DNA from: the human T2T-CHM13v2.0 reference genome, Homo sapiens
Reading direction: 5' to 3' (one strand)
Assembly (NCBI RefSeq): GCF_009914755.1
Contig: NC_060939.1
Length of the DNA stretch: 64,000 nt
Positions within the stretch are counted from its first letter, which is position 1. Every line of letters starts with the position of its first letter. Positions 16,359-34,088 of this stretch are shown piece by piece. The notes below the pieces were generated by a model. It was not told where the DNA came from and ran no database searches. It saw only the letters and a program-made list of their open reading frames with translations. The translations under genes and the position numbers were made by a program.

Positions 16359-17900
16359 CTTGGACCAGGGCCAGGGCATCACTGCCCTGTACCACCCCCA
16401 GGAGGGTGTTCCTTGCATCCTGGCCCTTCTAGCTCCAGGCTTGGTTCAAAGGGCTGCAGATAGAGCTCAGGCCATTGCTTCAGAGGATGCAAACTATAAG
16501 CCTTGGTGGCTTCCACTTGGTGTTAAGCCTGCAGGTGATCAAAGTGCAAGAGTGAAGGAAGCTTGGCATTCTCTGCCTAAATTTCAGAGGATGTATGAGA
16601 AAGGCTGGATGCCCAGGGAGAAGCCTATGCACAGCTGGAGCCCTCAAAGAGGACCTCTTCTAGGACAGTGCCAAGTGGTAATGTGGGATTGGAGGCCCCA
16701 CATTGTGGGGGCTGCCTAGTGGAGCTGTGGGAGGGGCGGCTGCTGCCCTCCAGATCAAAGAATGATAGAGCCACCAGCAGCTCCTGTCTTCAGTGTAGAA
16801 AAGCTGTGGGAGCAGAGCTGCCCAAAGCCTTGGGAGCCCACCCTATGCATCCTGGTAATGCTCTATGTTCCCAGGATGTGGGACATGGTTTCAAAGGAGA
16901 TTATTTTGGAACATCGAGATTTAATGACTGCCCTGCTGGGATTTGAACTTGTGTGGGGCCTGTAGTCCCTTTCTTTTGGTCAATTTATCTCATTTGTAAT
17001 GGGAATGTTTACCCAATGCCTGTATCCCAGTTTTATCTTAGAAGTCAATAACTGGTTTTGATTTTACAGGCTCATTGGTGGAAGGGACTTGCCTTGTCTC
17101 AGAAGAAACTGCACTTTCGAGTGATGCCAAAACAGGTTGAGACTTTTGGGGGACTATTGAGAAGGGATGATTGTATTTTGCAATGTGGGAAGAACATGAG
17201 ATTTGAAGGGCCAGGGATGGAATGAAATAGTTTGGATGTTATACCATTTAAGTCTCATGTTGAATTGTAATTCCCACTGTTGGAGGTGGGGTCTGTTGGG
17301 AGGTGATGGGGTCATGAGGGCTGATTTCTCATGTTTAGCACCATCCTCTTGGCACTGTCCTTGCAAGAGTGAGTGAGTTCTCATGACATCTGGCTATTTA
17401 AAAGTGTGTGGCACCTCTCCCTGCTTGCTCCTGCTCTGGCCATGTGACATACCTTCTTTTGCTTCACCTTCTGCCATGTGTAAAAGCTCCCTGAGGACCC
17501 TTCCTGAAGCCAAGCAACTGCCAATGCAAAGCTTCCTGTACAGCCTGCAGAACTGGGAGCCAAGTCAACCTTTTTTTTCGGTATAAATTACTTAGTGCTT
17601 AGGTATTCCTTTATAGAACTGTCATAGTACAATTATAGCAAGAATGTCATAATACAAGGCATAATGGTTTGCATTTTAAACATGAAAATTAAATTTATGT
17701 AATTTATCATGAAAAGATGAAATGAGTTAATAATGGGTAATATCTACATGTTGTCTTAGAGGTGCTGACAATCTGTCAAGGAATTACATGCACGGATCAA
17801 GCAGTTTACCTTCAAGTTGAATAACAAGATATTCCTATCTAACATAACAAAATTTTGACATTATTTGGGAGACTGGAAATAATGCTAAGTAATATCAGAT

Positions 17901-18364
17901 TGTCAAAGTCAAATAAATATAGAGACAAACATCTGAAATTAAAATGTTTTATTTGAGATACAAGTATTACAATTTCACACATACATGCAGAATGGGTGTC
18001 TTTAGTATGTCCAAAACATAAAGAGAAAGTTAGAGGTTTTATAAAAATGGGAGACAGAGAGAAAAACGGTATGTATTTCTCTTTGAGAAAGTTCACTGGC
18101 ACCAGTAAGGTTTTTGAGAGCTGGCAGGCTCTGATAGGTGAGGGACAGTGGTGGGTAAAGCTAGTCTTAGTGTTCAAGAGGTTGTTGCAGTAACCATTTG
18201 ATAAAACTGGCTTCAGCTTAAAGCAGGTAATTTCAGCAGCCAGGCATGAAGAGAATTACGCTTTTGGAGTGGTGTTTTTGCCCTGAATGCCTCCTCCCCC
18301 TGGCTTCTTGATGGTTTTATTTGGTGTGACAAGAATGACCCAATTCATATGATCAATTTTTACA
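17901..18364 (-). mobile_element. ERV1-class LTR (MER31/MER67-like), followed by a probable internal fragment to ~18730
   Basis: TG...CA boundaries and antisense poly(A) signal ttttattt; resemblance to the MER4-group LTRs from memory. Confidence 0.55.
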
Positions 18365-18759
18365 TTTACCCCTTTCCATCAAGATCTTTCTCTTAAAGCA
18401 TCAACCATGTTTATAGTTGTACAACTACAAGTTAGGCTTAATCATCCCTTAGTGCTAGGATGGACCTGTCTCAGTTGCTCCATCCCACATCTGGGAAAGG
18501 TATGGAGGTCTACATCAGGTCTATGTCAAGATTTATGGCTTAAAATGTCTATCCAAGGAAAAAATAAAACTGACCAGTAATCCCAGGAGAGAAACATACC
18601 TTGGCAAATTCGAAGATATTTCTAATTTTATTTAACAATTTTAAAATTAATTAATGTATCAAAGATTCACCCAACTCATGTCAAACAAAATATGTTTGGG
18701 TTAATTAATATATATTTTATATGGACATTCCTTTATTTAAAACATCCTTTTTTCCTAGA

Positions 18760-21112
18760 ATGATGTATTAGGGGCTTTCAGTGTGCCTCAGCCAGTTGGA
18801 AGTAGAAAAATAAGCATAAAGATAAACTTTGTGAACTTCAATTGAAGAAGAAAAATAGGAATTCACGGGAATAGAGAAGAACATTCCAGACACTGTGGAG
18901 GGGGAGGTGGGAAGGCAGCCTCTGTTATAACATTTGGTTCATAAAAGGGAGTGAAACACCAGTGCGAGAGAAGAGCAGCCAGTCTCCCTCTGCAACTCAC
19001 CTTTCCACTGGGGATCTGTGCAACCCAGATTAAGGGAGAGCACTCTGTTTCTCCCAAGCCTTGGAGCTAGCACAAAAGTGGCTGAGATATGGGGAAAGAG
19101 GAAAGACACTCAGAAAAGCTGCAGGCATTTCCCCAGACCTGGGACTGAGAGAAGGATGCCCTTTTTAATCTGGGCTCATACAAAGTCAATCATTGTTTTG
19201 TGCCTGGCAATGGTGGCCACTGCAGACACTTTAATCTTGGGCTAGGAATTGGAGTGCTTGCTCTGGAGCAGGGGAGCAGCCTCCACCGCCAGAATTGAGT
19301 GTTGAGTATGGAAAGTGCCCCAGCAGTAGGTGTTGGAATTAGGCTCTCTCCTCTTGCAGGACTGTAGTGGGAAGAGAGTTGCTAAAGCAGAGGTTTCTCA
19401 AGGATGGTGAGACTTGCAGCCAAGAACATCTTTGCAACCTGGAACTGGTCTGTGTGTGTCATTGCTGGGTGTCCCAGCCTACTCCCTTGGTCAGTTGACA
19501 GAGTACTCCATCAGCTCCAAGAAACAGGAGGGAGGTGAACCCCATTCCTCAGGAGACCTAAACTTTGGTGGGGACCAGCCCTAAGGGAAGGAGGAATACA
19601 GCTTGCCAAACCCACCCCTTGGATAAAAGGAAACACGATCATGACATCAGCTGCTGAAAGGGGCACACCAAAGCCTGGGAACAGATTTAGAGAGGTAGTC
19701 ATATCTTGCCCTCTGTCCCCTTCCTAGTGCACTGCTGCAGACCCAGCAGTGGTCATCCTGTTGGGGCCCAAGGAACGTGGGCTGAAAGAGGCTGCTTCTT
19801 AGGTTTCTCCAGCAGCTCTGCCCCTGCTGAAGACTAGTACACACTGGGACAGGGCGCTTTTGGCACTTTGTCACTTCTGCACCTGTCGAGGACAAGTACA
19901 CAGAGGAGAAGACCCTGCAGCCAGCTGTTACTCTTAAGCACTGTCTACTGGACTGAAGCCTTGATTACACCACCAAACAAAAATACATCACCACACCACA
20001 CCACCACAGGAGCCTATCTGCAACCAAGGAACTTGTACAGAGCCTTGGTCCTCTGAAAGTACCCAGAAATGAAGCAAATTGATCCTATACAACACACACC
20101 ACAGTCATACCCTTAAGAAAAAGAAAGAATGAAAAATTAATAAAAAAAACTCCTTCCAAATGATAGCAAGTTCAACAAAAGAAGCATCAAGTCTCTCAGA
20201 TGAGAAGAAACCAGCACAAGAACTCTGGCAATACAAAAAGCCAGAATGTTCCATCACCTCCAAAGGATTACACCAGCAATCTAACAAAGAGTCCTAACCA
20301 GAATGAAACATCTGAAATGACAGGTATAGTATTCAAGATATAAGTGGCAAAAAGAAAAATCACCAAAATCCAACAGAAAGTTGAAATCCAACAACAAACC
20401 CATAACAACGATCCTGGATTTGAATGACAACATAGCCATATTAAGAAAGAACCAAGCAGAGCTTCTTGCATTGAGAAATTTACTATAGGAATTTCAAAAA
20501 ACAGCTGGCAGCCTTAGCAACAGACTAGACCAAATAGAAGAAATAATTTAAGAGCTCAAAGACCAGACCTTTGAATCAACCGAGTCAGACAAAAATAAAA
20601 AAAGAATTTAAAAATAATGAACCAAACTTTTGAGAAATGTAGGATTATGTAAAGGAACAAAATCTATGACTTATTGGCATTTTTTTTTGAGACAGAATCT
20701 CACTCTGTTACCCAGTCTGTAGTGCAGCGGCATGATCTTGGCTCACTGAAACCTCCACCTCCTTGATTCAAGTAATTCTCATGCCTCAGCCTCCCAAGTA
20801 TCTGAGATTACAGGCGTGTGCCAGCATGCCTCAGTAATTTTTGTATTTTTAGTAGAGATGGGGTTTCGCCATGCTGGCCAGGTTGGTCTCAAACTTCTGG
20901 CCTCGGGTGATCCTCCCACCTTGGCCTCCCAAAGTGCTGGGATTACTGGCATGAGCCATTGTGCGTGGCTGACTTATTGGCATTTCTAACACAGAAGAAG
21001 AGAAAGTAATCAACTTGGAAAACGTTTTTGAGAACATAATTCAGGAAACTGTCCTCAATCTTGCTAAAGAGGTCGACATGCTGATACAAGAAATCCAGAG
21101 AACTCCCGTGAG
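18760..21112 (+). mobile_element. Old L1 (L1PB/L1MA-type) 5' UTR and degenerate ORF1 fragment
   Basis: ORF1-like sequence from ~20190 (cagatgagaagaaaccagcacaagaactctggcaatacaaaaagccagaatg...atacaagaaatccagagaac); interrupted by an Alu. Confidence 0.75.
20680..20970 (-). mobile_element. AluS
   Basis: Dimeric Alu; TSD tgacttattggcattt on both sides. Confidence 0.92.
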
Positions 21113-21688
21113 ACTGAAGGTAGACAGTGAAGCAAATGCTTGCTTTCTTGTGTGGCTCTGATTAGCATCAGGATATCTACATTTTACATAGGAAAGGAGG
21201 GAGCAGAGGAAACACTTATGCATTCATCTCGCATTCAGTAAATCTCCATTTTACATAAGATAAAGTAAGCATGTAAATAGAGGGAGTGGAGTAGAGGAAA
21301 ACTCAATGATTCATTCATCTCAGGATAGGCAGAGGGATGATTTCTCGTCCTGACCTTGTCCCAGAACTATGAAAATAAGCTGGTAATTGAGATTGTCAGG
21401 GTGAAATTGAGCCGACTCACTTTTAGGGATAGTTTACAGGTGGGATGTGCATTCTGAAAGATTTAGGGGCTCACAGCAAACTGTGAGGGAGGACATCTGA
21501 AGAGACATGCGGCCTTCTGTCACTGTGGGAACCTCGCTTATGGATGAGGCTATGACACAGGGTTGTGAAGTTATAACTATGTGTTTGAGAACAAGGAAAG
21601 CAGTATTGCATAACTCAGTTCCCAAGCTTAATTTTCCCTTTGACACAGTTAGCTTGGGGTTGGGGTCTCTATTCTCTTTTCTCTCACA
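21113..21688 (-). mobile_element. MER4-group (ERV1) LTR, partial
   Basis: Minus strand begins TGTGAGAGAAAAGAGAATAGAGACCCC...AAAGGGAAAATTAAGCTTGGGAACTGAGTTATGCAA, similar to the MER4 LTR start. Confidence 0.7.
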
Positions 21689-21881
21689 AAATCATATGGG
21701 AACATTCCAGAAAGTGTGAGGTTCTGTGCTCACTATTAAATAAAAATGACCAGGAGAGCCATGGGTAAGCGCCCTCCTCAGTCATCAGGACCCCAACAGA
21801 GAGTTTTCCCCTGTGTGGACAGGGTCCTGAATTCTGCAGGATCCCGTGGGGACACAAGTGTCAGGATAGAGACATTCATTC

Positions 21882-22165
21882 AGCCAGGTACAGTGTCTCA
21901 CACCTGTAATGTCAGCTACACTGGAGGCTGAGGTCACCTTGAGGCCAGGATTTCAAGACCAGCCTGGACAAGATAGCAAGATCCCATATCTAAGAATAAA
22001 ATTAGCCGGGTGTGGTGGCATGCACCTGTAATCCTAGTTACTTGGGAGAGAGGCTGAGGTGGGAGGATTGCTTGAGCCTAGGCGTTGGAGGCCACAACGA
22101 GCTAGGATTACACCACTGCACTCCAGTCTCGGCAACAGTAAGATTCCGTATGTAAAAACAACCAA
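21882..22165 (+). mobile_element. AluJ-like, diverged
   Basis: Two Alu arms with gggaggattgcttgagcc. Confidence 0.85.
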
Positions 22166-22260
22166 ACTATTCTGTGTTTTGAGTGTAAATTACCATAGCC
22201 ATTGTAACAGAAATTAGGCAGCAACTCTTAACATTCAAAATGCATAAGCAATTTGGCTAA

Positions 22261-22578
<318 letters not shown>

Positions 22579-24639
22579 TAGAGCCATATTCTTTAATGTC
22601 TAAAAGCACTCTTGCATATTTATTACTGCATTGTTTGAACTTAAATATCCACAACAGGATAACAGGATAATTAAACAATTTATTTCACTATGGCACATCC
22701 ATCTGTTAACAAAATGAAATCGATCTTTCTGTACTGCGGTGGAATGATTTTCTGAACATAGTTCAGGTAAAAAAAAGACCACTGTTGAATAATGCTTCTG
22801 GTATAACACGATGTGTTTGAAAATGTACACAATACTCTGTAATATCCAATGCATACATCTATCAAAGTAAATATATTTTATTCTAGGGTAATTATTAAAA
22901 CATTAAGAAATACTCTTTAATCATATATGTTAAAACTTGTAGAAAATCAATAACATACAAGTAAAGAAGTTCAAGAAGCCAAAAACAGTAATTCCGAGTG
23001 TAGAAAGCATGGTGAGAAGTGATGGAACAAAACTGCAGAAATTTAAACTGCAAAATTAAAATACATAATTCTTAATTAAAATACATAATTCTTCATTGAA
23101 CCCCGAATCTGTCAGGATGTATGTGTGATCTTGGATAACACATTCAACCTCCTCCACACTGAATTTTCTTGAGTGTAAACTCTTTTAGAGATGTTCCTCA
23201 CCCGGTTGCATGAAGCACATCTCTGTGTGTTAAGGCACTTCCCACAGCATCTGCGACACAGAACAGTGGCAGCTGTGCTCTTCGTGGTCCCTGCACACAG
23301 GCCCACAGCAGTATATTGTGTGTTTTTTTTATATAAAAGGCTTTGAAAATGCCCCACAGCTTCCTCAGTAACTGACTGTCAAGAGGGGCAGACTTCAAAA
23401 GTAGAATTCTGGCAAAGGTCTTCAAAAGACACGAAATTCTGGCAACGAGCCCATTTCCCTCCCGCCTTGCTCTTCTGGATGCATCCATTCTCTCCCACAG
23501 CATAGTCGTTTTCTTCCACTCCACTGTAGAGACTGTCCTTCTAGTGGCAACAGTGACTTGAGTGATATGCGGAAATTTCTTTCCAAGCCTGTTGGAGAAG
23601 CGTCCTCTGCCTGCTTCTTTTTGGCCACCTCCTGCCATGGTAAGAGCAGAGGGCCTCCAGGGCTGCTCTATCACCCCCAACAGCATGGACCTCACTGCAG
23701 TCACTCCGGAAGCTTCCCTCTAAAGGAAGCTTGTGCAGGAAACATCATGCATCGAGCAGCATGGGGACAGGGGCTGGCCAGCTGGGCAGGTCTCACACTC
23801 CTGACACTCAGACTCCACGATACTCCTCTGTCCCCACCCAGGGCAGATCCCTGCCCTAAAACATTCCCCCCTCATGTCCAGCAAATGCTGCATGGAGCCC
23901 TGGAATTCTATGTGGAAAGCTAGGAAGGAGGAGAGCTGAAATGAAGATGTAATCACCCTTTCCAAAGAGGTCAGTCCGGTACTAAGCTGTGCTCCTGGGC
24001 AAGCTCTCCAGGCTGAGGGAACAGGAGCAGGGTTTATGTTGGGTGAAGGTGGAAGTGAGGGTCCTCCCAGGAGGTGTAGAATATTCCACTAGGGACACCT
24101 CATACCCTTCGAGGATTAGACCTTGAGGCCTGGAGATCCCCAGGCAATTAGTATTGAAGGTCGAAAGGCCAGTGACAGGAATAGGAAGGCCCACTGTGTC
24201 ATTCACAAAGCACTTCCAAACCCATCATCACAGGTGACCCTCACAACAACCCTGTGAGACCTGCAGGGCAGGGGCTCTCACAAAGGAGGAGTCAGGAATG
24301 TCAAGACTTTAACACCTTCTCCAAGTCAGGATCAGGAAATGCTGTCCCAGCCCTGACCTATATTCCCTATGCTTCCTCCCACAAAACAGCTTAGGGTGAC
24401 TGCCAACTTGTGGGCAGAGACCCTCACTTTCCAATCCCCACAAGGGGCTGTGCAGTGGGGAGGATGAGGCCCCCTCCTCTGACTGTCTCCTCCAAGACCC
24501 TGTTTTCTGAGGAAGGTCACTCTGGGAACTGTTGGCCTCTGCAGATGGGGGCCTGGACCGTGTGGAAACACGACGTGAAGGTCACACCTGGCAGGCACCA
24601 GTGTTGGAGGGCAAACCTCACCTTTAAAAACTCACACTT

Positions 24640-24972
24640 TTTATTTTAAATTTATTTTTATTTTTAATTTATATGAGTACATGGTAGGTGTATATATTTA
24701 TGGGGTACATGAGATAGTTTGACACAGGCATGCAATGTGTAATAATCACATCAGGGTAAATGGGGCATTCATCACCTCAAGCAAGGGAAATGCCAGATGT
24801 TTATAAAACCATCAGATCACATGAGAACTCACTTACTATCATGAGAACAGCATGGGGGAAACTGCCGCCATGATTCAGTTACCTCTCACTGGGCCTCTCC
24901 CATGACACATGAGGATTACGGAAATTACAGTTCAAGATGAGATTTGGGTGGCTACACAGCCAAACCATATCA
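24640..24972 (-). mobile_element. L1 3'-end fragment (24640-24783) abutting a THE1/MST LTR fragment (24784-24972)
   Basis: tatatatttatggggtacatgagata is an L1MA/PB-type 3' end; gatgagatttgggtggctacacagccaaaccatatca is the antisense THE1 LTR start. Confidence 0.8.
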
Positions 24973-25184
24973 CCTTATAAAATTAATAAAGTGGAAATAG
25001 CAGCGGGCCTGAGTCCTGGCCCCTGCCTTGTGATGCCCCCTCTTGAGGAGGGCCTGGCTTCTGTGCCATGCAGAAACTTTCCTGTGCTTCCTGTGGGCTT
25101 GGGGTGAGCCAGGTCCTCCTGTGGGAGCTGGGCACTTGTGGGACAGGAGGGTCCCTGGCCTGGGGTGTCCATTTGCCTCCTTAC

Positions 25185-26538
<1,354 letters not shown>

Positions 26539-28957
26539 TCACCATGGAAGCATGTCACCTGAGAGGGATGAGGCCATCTGGGAGGACTCGTGTCACTGGA
26601 GAGGACAGAGGTCACCTGGGAGACCTCCCTCAGGCCCTAGGGGATTTAGGGCGCAGAATCTGCACCCCTCCCCTGACCCTGGACAAGAGGGCTAAGCAAG
26701 TCCCCCACAACTCAGTTGAAAAGGGACCTGGAGGGACTTCTGCAGTGAGTGTCCAACCTCACATGGTCTGAAGGGGCAGAGGCAAGGGTCATTCACATCC
26801 CCTATCATGGGCCAGGCTGGAAAGGCCAGTGTGCCAGGCCTGGGGAAGCACCTGTGAACTGCACCCACCACAAGGGCAGGCGGTGGGCCACTGATCACCA
26901 CACAATGGATCGTGTGATGGCCCAGGGGCTGCCTGCCAGGCACAGGAGGGCAGCTGGGTCCAGACCCTATGTGAGCAGCCCGTGCAGTGATCTCAGCAGC
27001 TCTCCCTGCCTGGAATGGTCTGGGAAGTGGGGGCCAAGCAGGAACAGCCACCTGGGTGACCTCCTCCCTGTCTACTGTTCTCTTACGGGGTTAAGGCAAA
27101 GGGGAAATTGGATCCCTGCCAGGTTTCCAATAAAGAGGCTTCCTCAGGATTCAAACTCATTTCATGAGAAGAGCCTGGCCCCATCAGGCACCTCAGCAAC
27201 TTGTCAAACATGTCTCCTGCAAGGACTATCCTGTGTGCAACACTGCTAAGCTCCTTGTTTTGGGCAGCACCAGGAGGGGAGGGTCATTTCTTCTTCTGAG
27301 ACGTGGTGGTTGGGTCCAGGTGACATCCACAGTCTGGGCCCTGACCCCTTTCACTCTCAGCGGGACCCCTTGAGACACCAGCTTCCCTTCCTTGCTTGGG
27401 TGTCCACACCAGCAGTTCTACCTACTACATTATTACAGCCAGATCAGGATCAATGTCCTCTCTCTGGAATAAATGCAGTGACCACTGTTCTTTGAGCATT
27501 ATTTATCTTAAATTATTGTTTTAATTAGAAATGTATTTCACTTATATTAGCCAAATTTCCTTTCAATGTAACCAAATTTCTTTTAAGTGAAAATTAAATA
27601 TTTACCTTCTGCTATCAAGCATTCTATGTACACAAAATGTTTATTTTTTTCAACTTTAGAAAAAATTGAAAATGTCTACATGTTACTAATCTAAAAATAC
27701 AGGCTCTGGGTTTATATGGTGTTTACCTTTCTTCCAAATTTTAAGGAATAGATATTTAAATGGCATCCACTTTGTTTTAAAATACATAAAATGTTTTAAG
27801 CTTTTGACCTCAAAATCTACAGTAGCAAAGCTACTCCGTAATGAATAAACCACAGAATCAAAACAAAGAAAGATTCCACAGACCAGTCTAACCAACAGTA
27901 CAATTATAAACTAGTTGTTCAAATATCAAAAACCAATTTCAATGACAAATGAATGGTATGAAAACTCCACAAATGTCAAGTAGAATATATTATACTTGAA
28001 TGAAATTATGAGTTGAGAGTAGGAAATCTATGTTTAACCAAGCAAATTAAATAATGTTTATGAGGAAATTATACTGCTAATGTTTTATTATTTGGCAAGC
28101 TATTCAGTGGAACACAAAGATATTCTTAATGAAGTCGAAAATATATTTTAAAATGTTACTGAAGTGGATTAAAAAATAATGAGGACATGAATAACTTTTA
28201 AAAGTATTCGGGGATAAAGAGAGAAAAATAAATTTAGATTTCATACATACATAAAATATATTTTAAAAGTTGTGTTTTCTGGTTGCTCAAATAAAAGGAG
28301 CAGATATTTAAATTCCATGCCTTTCATTTTAAAGTTTAGGAAATGCTTATAGCTTTCCACACTGACATTTATACTGACACAGTTAATCTAATCGAGTGAT
28401 AACAAAATCAAAACAAGCAGAATTCTCTTGAGCAATCTATTTTCTTGATTTTTAAAAGTCAATGTACTCTCAAAGAAACAAAACTATTATTCGTGGATTC
28501 TGTTATTTGAAAACATTTACTGATCATTTACCTTACACCAAATGATCTCCAGCTCGTGGAAAAATATGTAAAGTTGCCCAGCTGCATTAAGCTTAAACTC
28601 TTCTGAAGGAGAAAAGAAGCAATGGAGTAGGGACATTAAAGCAGGAGTGTGGTGATATGGCTGAGACTTCTACTTGCACACTGTGGTAGCTGTGTGGAGA
28701 ATGGATTGAAAAAAGGGCAATGACAGAAGCTTAAATTAGTATCAAATATGGCAATCCTGTAAATTTAGGTGTCCTTGAAATAAGAATGTATAATAGTTCT
28801 CATTATTTCCCCAAGAAATCTCTGCACTTGGCCTTGTGAGGGAAGCGCTATAGTTACCAAGTGGTGGGGGTGGAAAGGTGAATTTGAAACAACATTTGGA
28901 ATTACTACACTTTAAAGGTAAAGCTGACAGGAATTCCATACACGTCAGATCTGAAAA

Positions 28958-29100
28958 TGTGTGTGTGTGTGTGTGTGTGTGTCTGTGTGTGTTTGTGTGT
29001 GTGTGAAGCAGGGAGAGAGAGCAAGAGTGAAAGTGAGCAAGAGAAGGAGGAGAGAGAGGGAGAGAATCAGACAGATACAGAAAGAGATTGACAAAGCTGC
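28958..29100. repeat. (TG)n microsatellite followed by a GA-rich tract
   Basis: Directly visible. Confidence 0.9.
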
Positions 29101-29859
29101 AGAGACAGAATTAAAAGGGGACACCAAGAATATTGAGCTGAGAAACTATAAAATGGGAGTTGCCGTTAAACAGAATGGGGAAGAGCAAATTTGGGGAGTT
29201 TCAGTGGCTCAATATAGACATATTAATTTTGAGATTCCTAACTGACATCCACGTGGATAAGTCAGGGAGTGTTGGGTGTAGTGTCCAGTGTTTAGGTGTA
29301 ATATGAAATATCAGGAAATTAATGACACAAACATTAGTAAGAAAGCAAAGATAAGAAGTCGAAGTCCTGAGCCTAATGGTCCTCTAATATTTAAAAAATG
29401 GAAAAGATGAAACCTGCAATAAAGGACTAGGGGTAATTATCAAAAACATGGTGGGGGGAAAGTAGGTTAAGTATTCTGGAATTCTATAAAAAAGTTTTAC
29501 AAAGAGAAGGTGGAGATCAACTGTGTGAAATGCTGCTGATATATAAATTAAGACGAAGGCCGAGGAGTTATGGTTCAATTTATAGTTTAACAATATGGAT
29601 AGCACTTATGTTTTGATACGAGCAGCTTCGTTGGAGTGAGTAGGTGAGAAATCATATTGGAGTGGTTGCTGAAATGAAAGTCTGATCTCTGGATTCTTAA
29701 GGAAAAATTTTATTGGACTGCAGAGACATAAATTGGATTTTTAATTCTGGGGTCAGGATGTGCTCAGTAAACATGCGCCCATTAATGCCTCCTCGCATTT
29801 TTTTAGCTCGGTATTCTGTTATCTTTTAATAATATAATAATGACTTGCAAAACCTACAC

Positions 29860-30381
<522 letters not shown>

Positions 30382-30685
30382 CCCTTTTAATTGACAAATT
30401 TTACAAAGACTGATACTAGAGGTTGTTGGACAGGCCATTGTCCCACATAATATCTTAAGAGTTGCCGATGCACAAGTAAGATGGTAAAATGCCTTTGAAA
30501 AACTGACCATACCTGCTATACTTAAATATTCAGATACAAAACTCCCAGAAATTCCATCTTGTCATTTATTTCCACAAGAAAAAACAAGAGACCTGTATTA
30601 AAATATCCATTTCTATTAAAAATAATCACACTAGGTTTCTTCAAATTTTTGTATTAGTAGCTCTTGTTTTCAGCAGTACAACTTC

Positions 30686-31263
<578 letters not shown>

Positions 31264-31946
31264 TATTTTGTATTTTTTAATCTACAAAACTCTAAGAACA
31301 CATATTTTAAATAAATTTGTACATTCAGTGCCTAGAACAAAACCAGCATTTTGTAGATTCCAAAGAATTATTTGTTCTATAAATGATGAATAACTTAAAT
31401 AAGTTATTATTTATAACATCTATATACAAACAATATATTACCTGAGAATACAGTGATAACATTTGTTTTGTATAAAATGATTGCAATCTCAGTTAAAAAA
31501 TATTTTTTGCATGAGTTATTATCATATGCAGATGCTCACATTGTTTTGTTTAGATGAAAATGTTTGTAACTACTACGCACATTTTTGTTACTTAAGCCTT
31601 TTGGTCTTGCTGCCGTAGCAAATACCGTGCCTCTTAAGAACATGAACCTGTTTTTCTTCATTTTTTAGCAGATTTCTTAATGAAATATATAGCATACTAT
31701 TTTGTTTAACACATAAGCAGACACCCTGTCGAAGCAAAGAGACATCTACTCCACCATTACCACCCATCCCTCTGCTAACGTGGCTGCTGAAGATGTTACC
31801 TAGAGCAGAGGACTTTGTGTTCAGCTTAAGCACTTTGTATCCTTTATTTTCAATTGGGTAGGAGATAAAATAATTCAGCAGCAATAAAAGTCACACTTCT
31901 TAAAGTTGCAGTCTCACCAATGCACCACAATGTAGCAGTCTCTCTT

Positions 31947-32497
31947 ATGAGGTATCACGTGGAGTTCTTCATCTCACCACCAAGATGATTAAGGAACAGG
32001 GACACACGGGTGAGGTTGGAGTGAAAGTTTAATAAGCAAAAGGAGGAAGCTCTCTGCAGCAGACAAGAGAGTCCAACTGGATTGCCGTTTTTACTGTTGA
32101 ATCAAAAAGCTTTTATAAGAAACTCCTCTCAGCTCTATATAAAACTGTCTGCACAATTCCCTTTATATATCCAGCTGTGGGTATGTGTCTAGTCAAGCAC
32201 AAAGTGGGCTTCTCTTGTTTGTATAACTGTGGGTTTGTTTTAGATAAGCCCCCCTCCTCCCTGTGCAAGTTCCCACAGAGGCCGCCATGTATATGCCTGA
32301 AAAAGGGAGGAAAATTTTACCTGGGAGCTTGCCAATTACACAAAGAACAGAAGGCATGTGTGCTGGACCTTGCATGCTTATCTGTTCAGGACTTATCTGT
32401 AGGTGCAGTAGTTGTGATTTTTCAGGCAGACAGCTTCCCTGAGGACCAGTCTCTTACTTGTTTACTCAACTAATTTTCCTTTCCTTCTCCCTCAACA
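31947..32497 (-). mobile_element. ERV1-class LTR (MER50/MER61-like)
   Basis: aaagtttaataagcaaaaggaggaagctctctgc motif and ...ccctcaaca end; subfamily uncertain. Confidence 0.55.
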
Positions 32498-32965
32498 TTA
32501 TGCAGCAAAACAGAGTACACTTCTCTTTCCCAGTAAACCAGGTTGGTACTCCACTCTGAATACTTGTATTATTGGATTTCTTAGAAAAAAATATTTGGGA
32601 TCATAATTTAGATGCCATCAAACAATGAACAAAAACATGCTACTTCGTTTCCCTTCTCTTCTCTTGTTACCAGACAATAGCTAGTTTTCTTTTCTCTCCA
32701 ACCCCTTTTTTCTGTGCTTCTACCTGATTTTTGAAAAACTTCTACACATTTCCAATCTTAGTATAGCAGACATCAAATATGTGGTCAAACTACATACATA
32801 GGAAGAATAGAATTATATAATTATATTCAAGCATTTTAAAATAATTCCCCTTCAGTTTGTTTTGCAGTTATTTTACATAATCAAATGTCTTCCTGATATA
32901 CTTTCCAACCCAGTGGTTGTCAAGCTCTGCTTTGTTTTCTAATTGCATCAGAATTATCCACAAGT

Positions 32966-33259
<294 letters not shown>

Positions 33260-33729
33260 TAAATCAGCACAACTCAAGATTTAAGAAATAAAACTTTCCA
33301 AGAGAAGAAACCCAGGAATATGCATTGAAAATGTCTCCCTCAGGTGATTCTGATGTGATATGCGATCTGAGTTTAAAATGCAAGGAAAATTACCTTCCCT
33401 GCCCTCCAGTTGGCCCTTATGTCCAGATGTCCCTCTTCCCCTTTCTCATTGTGCTCTCTCCTTCTGTGCCTTTATTCTATTCTCTCTCCACTTCTCATCC
33501 AGATGCCAAGCCCTCTTCCATCAATTGTCTTAAAACTCCAAATGGTCAGTTGCCTCTAAACTTTCCTCTGTCCCATGAACAAGTTATGCAGGCAAATGTA
33601 GAATTTAAGCTTGGACCAAGCTGAATCAAGAGCTGCAATTAACGGTTTCCCTAAGCCCAGAGGGGACCAGCGAATACTTATAGAAGATTTTGGATTTCCT
33701 CTGAATGCATAAGGCTCTGGGTAACCTGA

Positions 33730-34088
33730 TTCTATAGACCAAATGTTATTGTCCCACTCAAATTCAAGTGCTGATATCTAATTCCCTATGTGATGATATT
33801 TGGAGGTAGGGCCTTGGGGAATGATTAGCTCATGAAGGCAGGGGCCACAGGAGTGGGATTAGTAGCCCCTATTGAAGACACCATAGAGAGCTCTCTCATC
33901 CCTTCTGTCATGTGAGAACATGGTAGAAACATGGCTGTCTATGAACCACAAAGCAAGCCCACACCAGACATGGAATCTGCTAACCACTTGACCTTGAATT
34001 TTGCCATCTCCAAAACTGAAAGAAACAAATTGGTTTATAAGCTTCCTCATCTATGGCATTCTGTTTTGACCCCAGATTAGCTAAAAAC
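33730..34088 (+). mobile_element. MLT1A/MST-type MaLR solo LTR
   Basis: gtcccactcaaattcaagtgctgatatctaattccctatgtgatgatatttggaggtagggcc...ggaatctgctaaccacttgaccttgaattttg. Confidence 0.75.

Noticed and set aside
23198-23720. 168-aa minus-strand ORF as a terminal exon of the TBC pseudogene
   Set aside because: A possible acceptor exists near 23720, but I cannot recognise the peptide as homologous to any family; a search would be needed.
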